Shown here one piece after another: positions 58,618-60,242 of a DNA stretch of 60,242 bases; the stretch's first letter is position 1, and the number at the start of each line of letters is the position of its first letter. Made by a program: the position numbers and the translations under genes. Source of the DNA: Eubacteriales bacterium (lineage in GTDB: Bacteria > Bacillota > Clostridia > Oscillospirales > CAG-272). The stretch lies in NCBI GenBank assembly GCA_045617585.1, contig JAZLIW010000076.1:1-60242 (forward strand), given 5' to 3'. The notes below the pieces were generated by a model that had not been told where the DNA came from, ran no database searches, and was given only the letters and a program-made list of their open reading frames with translations.

Positions 58618-60242
58618 TCAGTCCTCTTTGCTGAGGGAAGTGCTGACGGGAACGGTGACGGTGCGGTCGTAGCAGGAGAACATCCCGTCCACGTTTTCCG
58701 GCACCGCCTTCCGGGTCAGGAGGCTGACCGCGGGGACGACGACGAGACCTGCCAGCATGGCGAGCATTCCCGCGTTGATGGCGGAATTGAAGAAATAGGC
58801 AAGGGGGGCGTTTTCAAAGCGGATGCCCAGTACGGAGGTCAGGACGAACTCCGTCATGGTAATGCCGAGACCGGTGATGAAGGAAGCCCACACCGCGGGA
58901 CGGGTGGTCTTTTTCCAGAACAGACCGTACAGGAAGGGCGCGAGGAAGCAGCCCGCCAGCGTGCCCCAGGAAATGCCCATCAGGTCGGAGATATACAGCC
59001 GCCCGGCCATCTCCTTATCGTACGCCGTCAGGATGGCGATGGCAGCCGCCACGGCGATGGAAACGGCGATCAGCACGCGCATCAGAAGCATATCCCGGGA
59101 TTCACGTGCCGCCTTCTTTTTGCGCACCGCCGCCACGAGGTCCAACGCGACGGTGGAGGCGGAGGTCATGACGAGGGAGGCAAGCGTGGACATGGAGGCG
59201 GAAAGCACCAGGATCAGCACGAGCCCCATGAGCCAGTCGCCGCGCACGCCGAGACGGCTCGTGACCGCGTTCAGCATCGTGGGGACGATGTTGTCGAAGG
59301 ATTGGGGAACGCCCGCTTCCGTCAGGGCGATCTCTCCTGCAAAGAGTCTGCCGAAGCCGCCGAGGAAGTAACAGCCGCCCGCGACGATCAGCGCGAACAC
59401 GGTGGAAATGACCGTTCCCTTGTGGACGGCGCCCTCGTCCTTGATGGCGTAGAATTTCCCGACCATCTGGGGCAGTCCCCAGGTCCCGAGAGAGGTGAGG
59501 ATCACCACGCCGAGGAGCTGCAGGGGCTGAGGGCCGAGGAAGGAGGCGTAGGCACCCGAGAAAACGGTGCCCTGCGCGGTGGTCACGGAGTCGGCGGAGA
59601 GCCGCGCGATCGCTTCTCCGATGCCGCCCTGATCCGCCAGCACCGCGCCGATGACGGCGGCGATGCCCGCCAGCATGATCATTCCCTGAATAAAGTTATT
59701 GACGGCGGCACCCATGTAGCCGCCGATGATGACGTACACACCGGTCAGCACGGCCATGATGATGACCCACCACGCGTAACTGACGCCCGGGAACGCCGAC
59801 GTGAACAGCTGGGACAGTCCGTTGAACAGCGAGGCGGTGTAGGGGATCAGGAAGATGAACACGATCACGGCGGCGGTGAGGCGCAGTGCGCGGGATTCAT
59901 ACCGCAGACCGAAGTAGTCGGGCATGGTGCGGCTGCCGAGGTGCTGGGTCATGACGCGGGTGCGGCGTCCCAGCACGACCCACGCGAGCAGCGAGCCGAT
60001 GAAGGCGTTGCCGAGTCCGATCCACGTGGACGCCAGACCGAAGTTCCAGCCGAAGCGTCCCGCGTATCCGATGAAGATGACCGCGGAGAAGTAAGACGTG
60101 CCGAAGGAGAACGCGGTCAGCCACGGGCCGACGGCGCGTCCGCCGAGGACGAAGCCGTCCACGCCGCGGCTTGAGCGGCGGGACATGATGCCGACGAACA
60201 GCATCGCGGCAAAGAAGATGACGATCAGGAGAATCTTGACTA
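58618..60242 (-). CDS. Sodium:solute symporter (PutP/PanF-like); 5' end beyond the window
   Basis: FVLGGRAVGPW, TMPDYFGLRY, WGLPQ, SASMSTL; many TMs; frame stays open to the window edge. Confidence 0.92.
   Translation of the reverse strand, partial: VKILLIVIFFAAMLFVGIMSRRSSRGVDGFVLGGRAVGPWLTAFSFGTSYFSAVIFIGYAGRFGWNFGLASTWIGLGNAFIGSLLAWVVLGRRTRVMTQHLGSRTMPDYFGLRYESRALRLTAAVIVFIFLIPYTASLFNGLSQLFTSAFPGVSYAWWVIIMAVLTGVYVIIGGYMGAAVNNFIQGMIMLAGIAAVIGAVLADQGGIGEAIARLSADSVTTAQGTVFSGAYASFLGPQPLQLLGVVILTSLGTWGLPQMVGKFYAIKDEGAVHKGTVISTVFALIVAGGCYFLGGFGRLFAGEIALTEAGVPQSFDNIVPTMLNAVTSRLGVRGDWLMGLVLILVLSASMSTLASLVMTSASTVALDLVAAVRKKKAARESRDMLLMRVLIAVSIAVAAAIAILTAYDKEMAGRLYISDLMGISWGTLAGCFLAPFLYGLFWKKTTRPAVWASFITGLGITMTEFVLTSVLGIRFENAPLAYFFNSAINAGMLAMLAGLVVVPAVSLLTRKAVPENVDGMFSCYDRTVTVPVSTSLSKED

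Overview
This window is the chromosomal replication-origin region of a moderately GC-rich anaerobic Firmicute, probably a clostridial gut or rumen lineage (inferred from sigma-A promoters, remB, jag, soj/spo0J, PFOR and BspA-type LRR genes). The core is rpmH-rnpA-yidD-yidC-jag (+), divergent from dnaA-[oriC]-dnaN-recF-remB-gyrB-gyrA-mnmG-rsmG-parB-like-soj-spo0J-serS (-), with three perfect parS sites. The left flank has an AT-richer ECF sigma factor with a long C-terminal extension, tRNA-Met and tRNA-Glu with an adjacent tRNA-end repeat element, a degenerate rnfC/rnfD pair, truB, a 2-hydroxyacid dehydrogenase, a YhaN-like ATPase, nth, a frameshifted PFOR, an ECF sigma/LRR anti-sigma-like pair and several envelope genes. 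The right flank has a TM2 protein, gap, an ABC pair, a CBM/Ig surface protein, a GH127/146 lipoprotein, a GH2 pseudogene and a Na+/solute symporter. The most notable observations are (1) a stand-alone lipoprotein whose mature domain looks like the type VI secretion tube protein Hcp, in an apparently monoderm host with no other T6SS gene in the window; (2) a dense DnaA-box cluster between gyrB and gyrA, while the region upstream of dnaA is nearly box-free; (3) an RnfC/RnfD pair that has lost its flavin motifs and partner genes. All family assignments come from recognising motifs by eye; no database search was run.
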